A stretch of DNA of 64,000 nucleotides from a virus (IMGVR_UViG_3300021431_000102:1-64000), one strand, 5' to 3'. Shown: positions 1 through 8,364, numbered from the stretch's first letter. Program-made: numbers and translations. Notes: a model not told the origin generated them from the letters alone.

Positions 1-10
1 AAATTAGATA

Positions 11-39
11 TTGACAAAGGTTATAAAGTGTGCTATAAT
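11..39 (+). promoter_or_regulatory. sigmaA/sigma70 early promoter
   Basis: TTGACA-17-TATAAT with TGn extended -10. Confidence 0.85.
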
Positions 40-67
40 AAAGGCGTAGAAAGGCAAGGTGGCAAGT

Positions 68-454
68 ATGGAAATTAAGAAGTATACAGTTGGTGAAGAT
101 GAATTTGAATTTGTATGTGAATATTGGGAAACTAGTAGAGCATGGGGTCACAGAGTTACATTATTTATGAATGGTGTTGAAATTACTGAACATAAGGTTA
201 GATATTATAACAGAACTTGGGAAAACTTTAGATATCAGTCATGTATGGTTGGTGCAATAAGTACTGAGATGGATGATATTATTGCTAGACATTTAGAAAG
301 ATATAAGAGACAGAATGATATTAAGCGTTTTAAAGCAGGCGAAAAGCAGAGCGTCATTGAAGAAATTAAAAAGAATGAACGCTATGTAACATTTAAAAAG
401 TTATATGACTATGTAGGTAGCAGAGATGGAGACCGAGAGGGTATTATTGAATAG
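68..454 (+). CDS. hypothetical early protein
   Basis: ORF directly behind promoter; ATG 68 chosen over track start 59. Confidence 0.75.
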   Translation: MEIKKYTVGEDEFEFVCEYWETSRAWGHRVTLFMNGVEITEHKVRYYNRTWENFRYQSCMVGAISTEMDDIIARHLERYKRQNDIKRFKAGEKQSVIEEIKKNERYVTFKKLYDYVGSRDGDREGIIE

Positions 455-463
455 GTGATAACT

Positions 464-697
464 ATGGTAAAGAAGACTGATATTATTAAAGCAATTGAAG
501 ACGGCAGATTATATGACTTTGTAGCATGTGAATATTATCAGATGGACAAAAGTACTTTAGTAGACTTATGTAAAGAACTTGCTTATGCTATTTACAGTGT
601 AAACAATAGTGATATTGACGCTGAATTATTAGAGAACTTAAGTGATGTTTGGGAAGATGAGCTTACTGAGGAGTCAGAAGAAGAAAATGAAAATTAG
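464..697 (+). CDS. acidic hypothetical early protein
   Basis: ORF with AGGTG SD; Glu-rich C-terminus. Confidence 0.7.
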   Translation: MVKKTDIIKAIEDGRLYDFVACEYYQMDKSTLVDLCKELAYAIYSVNNSDIDAELLENLSDVWEDELTEESEEENEN

Positions 698-700
698 GTA

Positions 701-729
701 TTGACTTTTAGATTTGGATATGCTATAAT
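701..729 (+). promoter_or_regulatory. sigmaA early promoter
   Basis: TTGACT-17-TATAAT, TGn. Confidence 0.85.
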
Positions 730-751
730 GAAAACATGAAAGGAGATTTGT

Positions 752-1120
752 ATGAATTATAATAAAATTTATAAAGTAACTATGGTAAGCAGAGACAGTA
801 ATTTTAAATTAAATAAATATGTTAATCAGTATATTCTTACATGCGATAATTGTGACGCTGATATGGAAATTAATTTAACGGGTAACTTATGTTTTAATAC
901 GGACTATATGGTTACGAAAAGAGTGCCAGTAACTGAAGTACACGACATTAATGATATATTGAGTTTTATTGATAGAAATAAAATTAATATATCTGACGAT
1001 AGTATTGATGTTGATAATAATATATTTTGGGTTGGTGGCGAGTGTGATTATGGATTATCTTTTGAAAATTTAGAACGGCTAGGTTGGAAAGAAGATTTAA
1101 AATTAGGTATTGACTTTTAG
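752..1120 (+). CDS. hypothetical early protein
   Basis: AAAGGAG SD, ORF between two promoters. Confidence 0.75.
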   Translation: MNYNKIYKVTMVSRDSNFKLNKYVNQYILTCDNCDADMEINLTGNLCFNTDYMVTKRVPVTEVHDINDILSFIDRNKINISDDSIDVDNNIFWVGGECDYGLSFENLERLGWKEDLKLGIDF

Positions 1121-1138
1121 AAATCAATATGTTATAAT
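1110..1138 (+). promoter_or_regulatory. sigmaA early promoter
   Basis: TTGACT-17-TATAAT, TGn. Confidence 0.85.
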
Positions 1139-1169
1139 GGAAATGTGAAAAGGAAAGTGAGGTATTGAA

Positions 1170-1430
1170 ATGGAAAAGAAGATTTATAGAAATGGACAGG
1201 ATGATATTGGATTTGAATTTAAGTATGAAGATGAGCACGATTTAAGAGTTACACTTGAGGGTTTAGCGTTTGAGTTATTATCTTTCATTGCTGAGTATGG
1301 AATGGAAGAAGAACTCATAGACCATTTAGAAAGTCCGACATATTATATTGGAGATGATTTTAAAGCAGAAATTGTTGAAGATATGGATGAGTATTTAGGT
1401 AGTGATTGGTATGAACATTTAGGAAAATAA
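1170..1430 (+). CDS. acidic hypothetical early protein
   Basis: GAGGT SD; D/E-rich 86 aa. Confidence 0.75.
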   Translation: MEKKIYRNGQDDIGFEFKYEDEHDLRVTLEGLAFELLSFIAEYGMEEELIDHLESPTYYIGDDFKAEIVEDMDEYLGSDWYEHLGK

Positions 1431-1433
1431 GTG

Positions 1434-1462
1434 TTGACAATCAAAAGAAATTGTGTTATAAT
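1434..1462 (+). promoter_or_regulatory. sigmaA early promoter
   Basis: TTGACA-17-TATAAT, TGn. Confidence 0.85.
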
Positions 1463-1493
1463 GTAGACGTAAAGTTAAGAAAGGTTAAATAGG

Positions 1494-2072
1494 GTGATTA
1501 GAATGACAAATATAGAAATTAAGATTAAGAATTTAGAAAACGAAATTGCTAGACTGAAAAGCGAAAGCGAATTACAGAACAGACTAGAACATATTAAGCA
1601 GATGGCAAACAAGAGAGACTTAAGCCGTGAAGAAGAAGTCAATAATCTTATTCATGAATATGCAGATTTAAAAATGGATATTGACGATTTATTACCGAGA
1701 ATTGTAAACATGATTACAGTATCACAGTGTTTAAAAGACAATGGATATAGTGCGAGTGAATTCCATTATTATGGTTTAAGTTTGTATAACAACAATAGTC
1801 GTGGAATAAGCATGGATTGTGTTATGGATTGTGGCAATCTGTATGACGGATTTGTGAAAGTAAAGCCATTTATGAACGATGAAATTGAAGATTGGGATTT
1901 AAAAGTTGAGAATTGGTTTTATGAAATGTTAAATAAAGATGGTTATGGGCATGATTGGAGAGTAAAATATGCGAACCACATGTTACTTGCTATGAGGAAA
2001 TTTATAGATAACTTTGAAAAGTTTGAAAATAAATTCTATGCATATGCTGAAAATCCTATATCAGTAAATTAG
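1494..2072 (+). CDS. hypothetical protein, N-terminal coiled coil
   Basis: 192-aa ORF behind promoter. Confidence 0.75.
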   Translation: MIRMTNIEIKIKNLENEIARLKSESELQNRLEHIKQMANKRDLSREEEVNNLIHEYADLKMDIDDLLPRIVNMITVSQCLKDNGYSASEFHYYGLSLYNNNSRGISMDCVMDCGNLYDGFVKVKPFMNDEIEDWDLKVENWFYEMLNKDGYGHDWRVKYANHMLLAMRKFIDNFEKFENKFYAYAENPISVN

Positions 2073-2095
2073 AAATATAAAAAGGAGATTTGAAA

Positions 2096-2338
2096 ATGAA
2101 AACAGTAGAAACAAAATACAATTTGGAATTTACAAAAGAAGAAATTGAATTATTAGTTAAAGCATTAAATGGTGAATGTAAGTGCCGTGGTGAACGGATT
2201 ACTGATTTAAAAGACAGTACAAGACAAGACGATTGTATTAGAAGATGTAAACTTATTGAAGAGTATAAACCTTATAGGAAACTATTAGGAGAACTTGGAG
2301 ATATTATTGGCATGCATTTTATGGGAAATGATTATTAA
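2096..2338 (+). CDS. hypothetical protein
   Basis: AAGGAG SD, ATG 2096. Confidence 0.7.
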   Translation: MKTVETKYNLEFTKEEIELLVKALNGECKCRGERITDLKDSTRQDDCIRRCKLIEEYKPYRKLLGELGDIIGMHFMGNDY

Positions 2339-2353
2339 AAAGGAGATTTGAAA

Positions 2354-2590
2354 ATGGAAATTAGAAGAGAAGAAGTTGAAAAGGTAATTAAGGAATTAGA
2401 TAATCTATCCTTTATGGTTAATAATTATCACACCATGCAATTAGGTATGTTTATTTGGCAGAGATATGGTAGTCTTCGGGGAATTACTGAGGAGAATTTA
2501 AAAGAGATTGACAATGTTTTAAGCAATCACGAAACATTATATGATTGGGGTCTTTTAGAAGACGTAGAAGATATTGTCAAGCCTTATTGA
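2354..2590 (+). CDS. hypothetical protein
   Basis: AAGGAG SD, same 21-nt leader as previous gene. Confidence 0.7.
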   Translation: MEIRREEVEKVIKELDNLSFMVNNYHTMQLGMFIWQRYGSLRGITEENLKEIDNVLSNHETLYDWGLLEDVEDIVKPY

Positions 2591-2604
2591 TTAAAACGCT
2601 GTAT

Positions 2605-2701
2605 AACCTCCGTATAGGCACGTAGAGAGAGATTTGAGGTTAACTTGATAAGTTATAAAGGGTAACTAAAATCTTTCTCTAACGGCTTAAAAAGTACCTT
2701 A
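2605..2701. repeat. long imperfect inverted repeat element, copy A
   Basis: 13-bp stem 2623-2635/2668-2681; flanks match the reverse complement of 18915-19010. Confidence 0.7.
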
Positions 2702-2731
2702 AAATTGATTTTAGATTTTTGAAATTAGATA

Positions 2732-2760
2732 TTGACAAATGTAAATCAATATGCTATAAT
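2732..2760 (+). promoter_or_regulatory. sigmaA early promoter
   Basis: TTGACA-17-TATAAT, TGn. Confidence 0.85.
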
Positions 2761-2787
2761 GGATTTGTAAATGAAAGGTGGGTGTTT

Positions 2788-3030
2788 ATGAACAGATTGA
2801 TTAATATTAGAGATAGTTATGATGGACAAATAATTGTAACTTTAATTGTAAGAAGAGGTTATGAAGTTGACGCTGATAAAATGCAAAAAGATATCACGAA
2901 TTTGCAAGTTGAAAGTGAAAATGGAATATCTTATGTAGACATACTAGAATATATCATAACAAAATATGATAATATTATAGAACATATTATTAATGTAAGT
3001 GCAGATGAAGTAAGGACAATTTGGATTTAG
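2788..3030 (+). CDS. hypothetical protein
   Basis: ATG 2788 downstream of promoter and AAGGTG; track start 2719 overlaps the promoter. Confidence 0.7.
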   Translation: MNRLINIRDSYDGQIIVTLIVRRGYEVDADKMQKDITNLQVESENGISYVDILEYIITKYDNIIEHIINVSADEVRTIWI

Positions 3031-3046
3031 AAAGTGAGGTACGAAA

Positions 3047-3559
3047 ATGAAAGTTGGAGAAATGATTTCTGAATTATTGAGTAAAGTAGATACAGACGAT
3101 TTAGAAAGTGAAGTATTAAGTATAGGAACGTGGTCGGGCACAGACCGTCCATGTGATTATACAATTAGAATAAGAAGTGGCAATGAAATTAAAGAAATTA
3201 ATATCGGAGAAAAGAAGACTGAAACTGTAAATGAAAACTATGATTTTGAATTAAACATAAGTAAAGAATATCAGAAGAAAGAAGTATGGGATGAATGGGG
3301 CATGGCATATATATTTGGCGATAAACTTGGAGCTGAATATAATTATTATGTTGATGTTAATTATAAGCAAGATGGTACAGAAGAAAGAATTGACGCTAGT
3401 GCTATATATTTAATGTGGGAAGAAGATAATGGATTTTGGGAAACTGATACAGATTATTTTGAACATTATGAAATTGAATGGGATAAAGAAGACTGGGCAG
3501 AAAGATTAAAGAATAAAATGATTGAGTTTGTAAAGGAGAAGAAAAATGAAAACTTATAG
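3047..3559 (+). CDS. acidic hypothetical protein
   Basis: GAGGT SD, 170 aa. Confidence 0.75.
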   Translation: MKVGEMISELLSKVDTDDLESEVLSIGTWSGTDRPCDYTIRIRSGNEIKEINIGEKKTETVNENYDFELNISKEYQKKEVWDEWGMAYIFGDKLGAEYNYYVDVNYKQDGTEERIDASAIYLMWEEDNGFWETDTDYFEHYEIEWDKEDWAERLKNKMIEFVKEKKNENL

Positions 3560-3722
3560 GATTGGTTATAGTGGAACAGATGATTTTACAGAAACAGAAT
3601 TTGACGTTGAAGATATAGCAGAATTATTTAATCTGTTTATAAATTATGCAATAGAAAATAACTTTCTAAACAATTTATTAGTAATAGAATATATAGAAGA
3701 GGTGGAAGATGATTATGAATAG
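3546..3722 (+). CDS. small acidic hypothetical protein (58 aa, not in ORF track)
   Basis: AAGGAG SD, MKTYRIGYSGTDDF...EEVEDDYE; fills the gap between neighbours. Confidence 0.65.
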   Translation: MKTYRIGYSGTDDFTETEFDVEDIAELFNLFINYAIENNFLNNLLVIEYIEEVEDDYE

Positions 3723-3969
3723 AGTAAAAGAATTAGAAGTATTTGAAGTTGCCTTTATGCTTGGATATGATTTATTGCATACGGCTTTTGAAAATAGTGG
3801 CAATGCTGAAACTGATATTGTTTATAGTAGATGTTTAGAAATTGCAGAAGACTTTGTTAATAGTGAGTATGACAGATATGACAGAGGTTTATATACATGT
3901 GTATGTGAATACTTACAGTGGAGTGATAACTTTAAAAAGTTTGAAGAAAAGTTTAACATTTTCTATTGA
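3709..3969 (+). CDS. hypothetical protein
   Basis: GAGGTGG SD. Confidence 0.7.
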   Translation: MIMNRVKELEVFEVAFMLGYDLLHTAFENSGNAETDIVYSRCLEIAEDFVNSEYDRYDRGLYTCVCEYLQWSDNFKKFEEKFNIFY

Positions 3970-3994
3970 CAAATGTATTAAGATGTGTTATAAT
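3966..3994 (+). promoter_or_regulatory. sigmaA early promoter
   Basis: TTGACA-17-TATAAT, TGn. Confidence 0.85.
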
Positions 3995-4019
3995 TAAGAC
4001 AGAAAGAGAGGTGTAAAGC

Positions 4020-4415
4020 ATGAATAGAATTCAGAAATTGATAAATGAAATTGAAAAAATAAGAACGGATTTACCAAAAGAGGTTTACGTTTGGAGTGGT
4101 AGTGGTTACGTATTAGATACTTTGGATGTGACTGAATATTTAGGTGATAGAAATGAAATCAGTATTGAAGAAGTAGCAATGTTGTGTTTAAAAAACAATG
4201 TTGGAGAAGTAATTGCTTGCGACACCTTTAGAAAGTTAGTTGATGAAAGTATGTACTATGATAAGGTAACTGAAGAAGAGGCAGAAGAAATTGTAGAACA
4301 GACATATTATTATTGTGACTTGACAGGATTTGACAATATAGAAAAGTGTTTTGAGATTTGCTATTTGAATATTGAAAATCTGAGATGTAGTGACAATATA
4401 GAAGTACACAGTTAA
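4020..4415 (+). CDS. hypothetical protein
   Basis: GAGGTG SD. Confidence 0.75.
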   Translation: MNRIQKLINEIEKIRTDLPKEVYVWSGSGYVLDTLDVTEYLGDRNEISIEEVAMLCLKNNVGEVIACDTFRKLVDESMYYDKVTEEEAEEIVEQTYYYCDLTGFDNIEKCFEICYLNIENLRCSDNIEVHS

Positions 4416-4426
4416 TAACTGAACAT

Positions 4427-4478
4427 AATAAATCGACTCTTTAAATATCACCGAACCTTTCAGTCGATTTATTTTTTC
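4427..4478 (+). terminator. intrinsic terminator-like hairpin
   Basis: AATAAATCGACT (4427-4438) / AGTCGATTTATT (4462-4473) followed by T run. Confidence 0.6.
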
Positions 4479-4489
4479 TCTCCCACAAA

Positions 4490-4695
4490 AAATACTATGT
4501 AGTAAATAATCTATATTATACATTTTTATTTTTAAAAAATATAAATATTAAATGTGAAATATTTTTAAATAAGAAATGTGAAATAATTATGTGAAAATAT
4601 GTGATGTATAATATATGGTCTATAAAACGGTTCTAGAATGCTGATTGAAAGCAGAACAGATTTAAATTATGTGAAATTATGTGAAAGTGAAAATA
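4490..4695. repeat. AT-rich intergenic region with ATGTGAAA direct repeats
   Basis: ATGTGAAA at 4552, 4576, 4589, 4669, 4679; partial copies at 4599 and 4687. Confidence 0.7.
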
Positions 4696-4699
4696 TCGC

Positions 4700-4728
4700 T
4701 TGACGGGGTAGGAAATATCTGTTATAAT
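4700..4728 (+). promoter_or_regulatory. sigmaA early promoter
   Basis: TTGACG-17-TATAAT, TGn. Confidence 0.8.
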
Positions 4729-4756
4729 GGTGGCGTAATTGGAAAGGAGAACAGAT

Positions 4757-5083
4757 ATGAATTACTATGTTAAATTAACTACAGATGAATGGAATGTTTT
4801 ACAGAAATTAATATTTAAAAGTCATTTAGAAGAGGTTGTCTCTTTAGATACTGATGTTAACAATGGAGATTATTTTTATGACTTTGATTGTCAGCAGATG
4901 TTAACTTTTACAGAACGGCTAGAAGATATTATCGTTGCAGATATTGGAAGTAAAGGATATTATTATGCAACCATGTCTAAAGAAGAAAGACAGACTATTA
5001 AAGATATTTTTGATAAATATTGTTCTAACGTCAACACAAAAAAATATGTTGAAAAAGTTAACAAAACACTTGACAATGATTAG
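4757..5083 (+). CDS. hypothetical protein
   Basis: AAAGGAG SD before ATG 4757. Confidence 0.75.
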   Translation: MNYYVKLTTDEWNVLQKLIFKSHLEEVVSLDTDVNNGDYFYDFDCQQMLTFTERLEDIIVADIGSKGYYYATMSKEERQTIKDIFDKYCSNVNTKKYVEKVNKTLDND

Positions 5084-5098
5084 AAAGTATGCTATACT
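5070..5098 (+). promoter_or_regulatory. sigmaA early promoter
   Basis: TTGACA-17-TATACT, TGn. Confidence 0.8.
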
Positions 5099-5133
5099 TA
5101 AGGTGTAATTAGAAAGGGTAAGAGTGAAAAGTT

Positions 5134-5400
5134 ATGGAGATTAAAAAAGATTATGATGTTTATCAGTTATATTGTGCAAGTTGGAGTGGTGCGACTGAAA
5201 CATTACAACGCATAATGGATGAAAATTTAGAAGATGAATTTATGGATTTGTTTGATGAGGTATTTGATACTTATTCAGGCAACGTACCAACACTTACAGA
5301 AGTTAACGATTGGTTATGGTTCGATTGGGAAAATATCTTTGAGATGTTGGGTATTAAAGATGAAGAGGATGAAGAAGAAGACGATGATGAAGAAGATTAA
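5134..5400 (+). CDS. extremely acidic small protein (DNA-mimic candidate)
   Basis: About 31 D/E versus 4 K/R in 88 aa; own promoter. Confidence 0.75.
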   Translation: MEIKKDYDVYQLYCASWSGATETLQRIMDENLEDEFMDLFDEVFDTYSGNVPTLTEVNDWLWFDWENIFEMLGIKDEEDEEEDDDEED

Positions 5401-5426
5401 TTTTATGAAAAATTAATCAAAAACAC

Positions 5427-5455
5427 TTGACAAAACAAATAAATTGTAGTACAAT
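5427..5455 (+). promoter_or_regulatory. sigmaA early promoter
   Basis: TTGACA-17-TACAAT. Confidence 0.75.
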
Positions 5456-5490
5456 GTACTCGTAGAAAGGTTAAACAAGGTGAACATATT

Positions 5491-6039
5491 ATGAAGATTA
5501 AAGATTTAAAAAATTGGAGTGGATTAGGAATTGCAAATGAATTTAGTTTATATGCAATAACTGATATGGATGGAGATACTTATCTGTTAAATGGTAATGA
5601 ACTTAATGGTATAAAAGAAGAATATAAAGATTGTTATTTTGATTTCTTTGATACAGTTTCTTATCGTGAGTTTGTTAACAATGAATTAGTTAAGCCTCAT
5701 GAACAGTATTTAGTATTTGCACTTGGCTATGGATGGAGAAGAAGAAATGCATACAGATTTAAAAACAATATTGAAGACGCTTTATCCGTAGACTATGACA
5801 ATGAATTTTACATTGAGGGTACAACACGTGGAGAGAAAAGCATTCTATTAAAAGAATATTCACATGACAATCCTATGGGGTGTCATTGGTTGGTTGTTGG
5901 ATTGACAGACAGAGAATATGACAGATTGTCTAATAGTGAGTTTGCAACAATTGAAAAGTTTGCGAAAGAACAAATGAAAAAGATTGTGACTAGCAATGCA
6001 AAAGAAAAGTATAAGGCAAGTCTGGGATTAGAAGACTAG
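5491..6039 (+). CDS. hypothetical protein
   Basis: AAGGTG SD, 182 aa. Confidence 0.75.
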   Translation: MKIKDLKNWSGLGIANEFSLYAITDMDGDTYLLNGNELNGIKEEYKDCYFDFFDTVSYREFVNNELVKPHEQYLVFALGYGWRRRNAYRFKNNIEDALSVDYDNEFYIEGTTRGEKSILLKEYSHDNPMGCHWLVVGLTDREYDRLSNSEFATIEKFAKEQMKKIVTSNAKEKYKASLGLED

Positions 6040-6055
6040 GAAGAGAGGTGCTAAA

Positions 6056-6280
6056 ATGAATAATTGGATTTATGGTATTATTGAAAATTTATTATATAAT
6101 AACAATGTTGAGGATGAAGATTTAGAAAATATTTCTGAAAAAGAACTTGACAATTTAGTTAAAAAGACTTATAATTGTATCATCAATGATGGTGATTTGG
6201 AAAATGAAATTGTTCATTTAATTGAAGAGGGTGCAGAGTGGTACTATTACCATGTTGTAAAAGACAGAAAGGAGAATTAA
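6056..6280 (+). CDS. acidic hypothetical protein
   Basis: GAGGTG SD. Confidence 0.7.
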   Translation: MNNWIYGIIENLLYNNNVEDEDLENISEKELDNLVKKTYNCIINDGDLENEIVHLIEEGAEWYYYHVVKDRKEN

Positions 6281-6281
6281 G

Positions 6282-6659
6282 ATGGGAAATAAAGTTTCAG
6301 ATTATGATACATATGAAGTGAATATGAAATGTCCTATATGTGATAATCATATGGTAGAGGGATATTTGTTTCACGGCACGTGGATTTATGTATGTGAAGA
6401 TTGTTTATTTCTTGGGCTTGAATATAAGGACAAAAAGGATTTAGAAAATTTAAAACTGTTTGAGAAAATTAGAAACACACCAGTGAAAAAAGTTTTGAAT
6501 TATGTACTAGAAGATGACGATACAGACTTTGGCGGTGTAGCTTTCTTTGGAGAAACAGTAAAGGATTTTATTGAAGACCAATATTATTCAAGCGTATGGG
6601 AATTAAATAAAGATTTAATTATATGTGGCATTAAACCGATTGAGAAATTTAAAAATTAG
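6282..6659 (+). CDS. hypothetical protein with Zn ribbon
   Basis: CPIC...CEDC. Confidence 0.7.
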   Translation: MGNKVSDYDTYEVNMKCPICDNHMVEGYLFHGTWIYVCEDCLFLGLEYKDKKDLENLKLFEKIRNTPVKKVLNYVLEDDDTDFGGVAFFGETVKDFIEDQYYSSVWELNKDLIICGIKPIEKFKN

Positions 6660-6661
6660 TA

Positions 6662-6690
6662 TTGACAAATGTAATTAAATATGTTATAAT
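6662..6690 (+). promoter_or_regulatory. sigmaA early promoter
   Basis: TTGACA-17-TATAAT, TGn. Confidence 0.85.
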
Positions 6691-6717
6691 AAAAATGTAA
6701 AGTTAGAAAGGTTAAAG

Positions 6718-7191
6718 ATGGTGACGAAAATGAAAGATGGATTTGAAAAGATTAATGCAAGAGCAGTAAGAGACTTAGTAAAAGAACATATTAATGAAAT
6801 GGAAAACGATATTAGAAAATACAATCGTAGATTTGGATTAGAGATTAGGAAAGTGTATAAGGAATTGTCAATCTTTGATTGGTGGAAAAATTCTCTGTCA
6901 TTAACTGATTTGAAAAATATGTACTCATTCTTAAACAATGCTATTGATTTAGGATTTGATGGATATGTATGTTTCAAGGTTGGTGTAACAGGATGTGCAA
7001 ATGGAATGTGGGCACATAAAGGATTATCTACTAATGGATATAGTCCAGATACAGATTTTATTTTTAGAAGTTTTACTCCCGAATATGTTGAATGGGATGG
7101 TGAAATTAATGGTGAGTTGCTTTCAAGAAAATATAATAAGGATGGCTTTAAAATTAGAGAATTGAAAAAGATATTGAAAGGAGAATATTAA
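6718..7191 (+). CDS. hypothetical phage protein
   Basis: 157-aa ORF behind promoter. Confidence 0.75.
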   Translation: MVTKMKDGFEKINARAVRDLVKEHINEMENDIRKYNRRFGLEIRKVYKELSIFDWWKNSLSLTDLKNMYSFLNNAIDLGFDGYVCFKVGVTGCANGMWAHKGLSTNGYSPDTDFIFRSFTPEYVEWDGEINGELLSRKYNKDGFKIRELKKILKGEY

Positions 7192-7192
7192 A

Positions 7193-7390
7193 ATGGAAAA
7201 ACAGAATTTAGAAATGTTAGAATTGAAAAAACAATTAGCATATGAATTGCAAAATGTTGAGAATAAGATATACACTTATACATATAACAGATTGTCTGAT
7301 TGGGATAAGGGTTATCTTCAAGGGAAAGAGTTAGGTTTGAAGTTGGCTCTTCAAGGAATTAATTATTTATCATTGAAAGGAGAATATTAA
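7193..7390 (+). CDS. hypothetical protein
   Basis: AAGGAG SD; ends LKGEY like the preceding gene. Confidence 0.7.
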   Translation: MEKQNLEMLELKKQLAYELQNVENKIYTYTYNRLSDWDKGYLQGKELGLKLALQGINYLSLKGEY

Positions 7391-7392
7391 AA

Positions 7393-7770
7393 ATGGAAAA
7401 CTATATTATGAGAACATATTGGGATTACAAGACAGTATTAGAAGTATTAGAGATAATGGAATTTGAATTAGTGGTTTCAAAAAATGAAGATGGAAAATTG
7501 GTCTTGAAATTGATTGACTGGCAAGCACATTTATCATCAATTGAAGATGAAGAATTTGTAGACTTTGACGATTTAATGAGTAGATTAAGCGGAGTATTCT
7601 GTTATGATTACTTTGAATGTTGGATAACAGAAGAGTTTGAAAATGAAATTGGTGATTGGAAAGATTACACTGACCTTTACAATCAGCTTATGGCATTACC
7701 ATATGAAAGAATTAAAGATTGGTTGTGGGACATTAATATTTTAGGACTGTTTGGTGAAGTGTATGGTTAA
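7393..7770 (+). CDS. acidic hypothetical protein
   Basis: AAGGAG SD. Confidence 0.7.
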   Translation: MENYIMRTYWDYKTVLEVLEIMEFELVVSKNEDGKLVLKLIDWQAHLSSIEDEEFVDFDDLMSRLSGVFCYDYFECWITEEFENEIGDWKDYTDLYNQLMALPYERIKDWLWDINILGLFGEVYG

Positions 7771-8137
7771 ATGGGACATTAAAAGAGGAGATATTATTTA
7801 TTGTGATTTAGGAATAAGAACGGGAAGTGTACAGTCGGGAATCAGACCTTGCATAGTGGTGTCTAATGATTATGGGAACACATATAGTAGCACCTATATC
7901 GTTATTCCCCTAACCACTAAACATAAACCTATCTTACCTACACATGTTGAGATTGAAGAAAATAGTTATGCTTTATGTGAACAAGTTACAACAGTAAGTG
8001 AGCAACAGATTTTAAGAAAGAAAAACTATTCAGTCGATATGAAGATAATGAAAAAAATTAATAATGCTTTAAGAATATCTATGAGTTTGAGTACTTGGGA
8101 AGGAGAAAGAAATGAAAAAGTTTACAATGAAAGATAG
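7763..8137 (+). CDS. mazF: PemK/MazF family endoribonuclease
   Basis: RGDIIYCDL..GSVQSGIRPCIVVSND..IVIPLTT..PTHVEI matches the EndoA/MazF pattern, with catalytic Arg and Thr present. Confidence 0.9.
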   Translation: MVKWDIKRGDIIYCDLGIRTGSVQSGIRPCIVVSNDYGNTYSSTYIVIPLTTKHKPILPTHVEIEENSYALCEQVTTVSEQQILRKKNYSVDMKIMKKINNALRISMSLSTWEGERNEKVYNER

Positions 8138-8354
8138 AATAATTAAATATTTAGAAGATTATGGTAGTATCACTAGTTGGGAAGCAATCCAAGAATTAGG
8201 TTGTACAAGATTATCTGAATATATTAGACAGTTAAGATTGGAATATGACATAGAGGATAAATGGTTATTAAGAAGAAATAGATATGGTGAACCAGTAAAA
8301 TATAAAAAATATATTTTAAGTAATCATGTTCCTAATTTGGATTTGCCATTTTGA
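8112..8354 (+). CDS. phage helix-turn-helix protein (HTH_39-like)
   Basis: RIIKYLEDYGSITSWEAIQELGCTRLSEYIRQLR pattern. Confidence 0.7.
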   Translation: MKKFTMKDRIIKYLEDYGSITSWEAIQELGCTRLSEYIRQLRLEYDIEDKWLLRRNRYGEPVKYKKYILSNHVPNLDLPF

Positions 8355-8364
8355 AAATTAGATA

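Noticed and set aside
7763-8137. Avoidance of the Bacillus MazF target TACAT
   Set aside because: TACAT occurs in phage genes (e.g. 3894); true specificity is unknown and needs computing.
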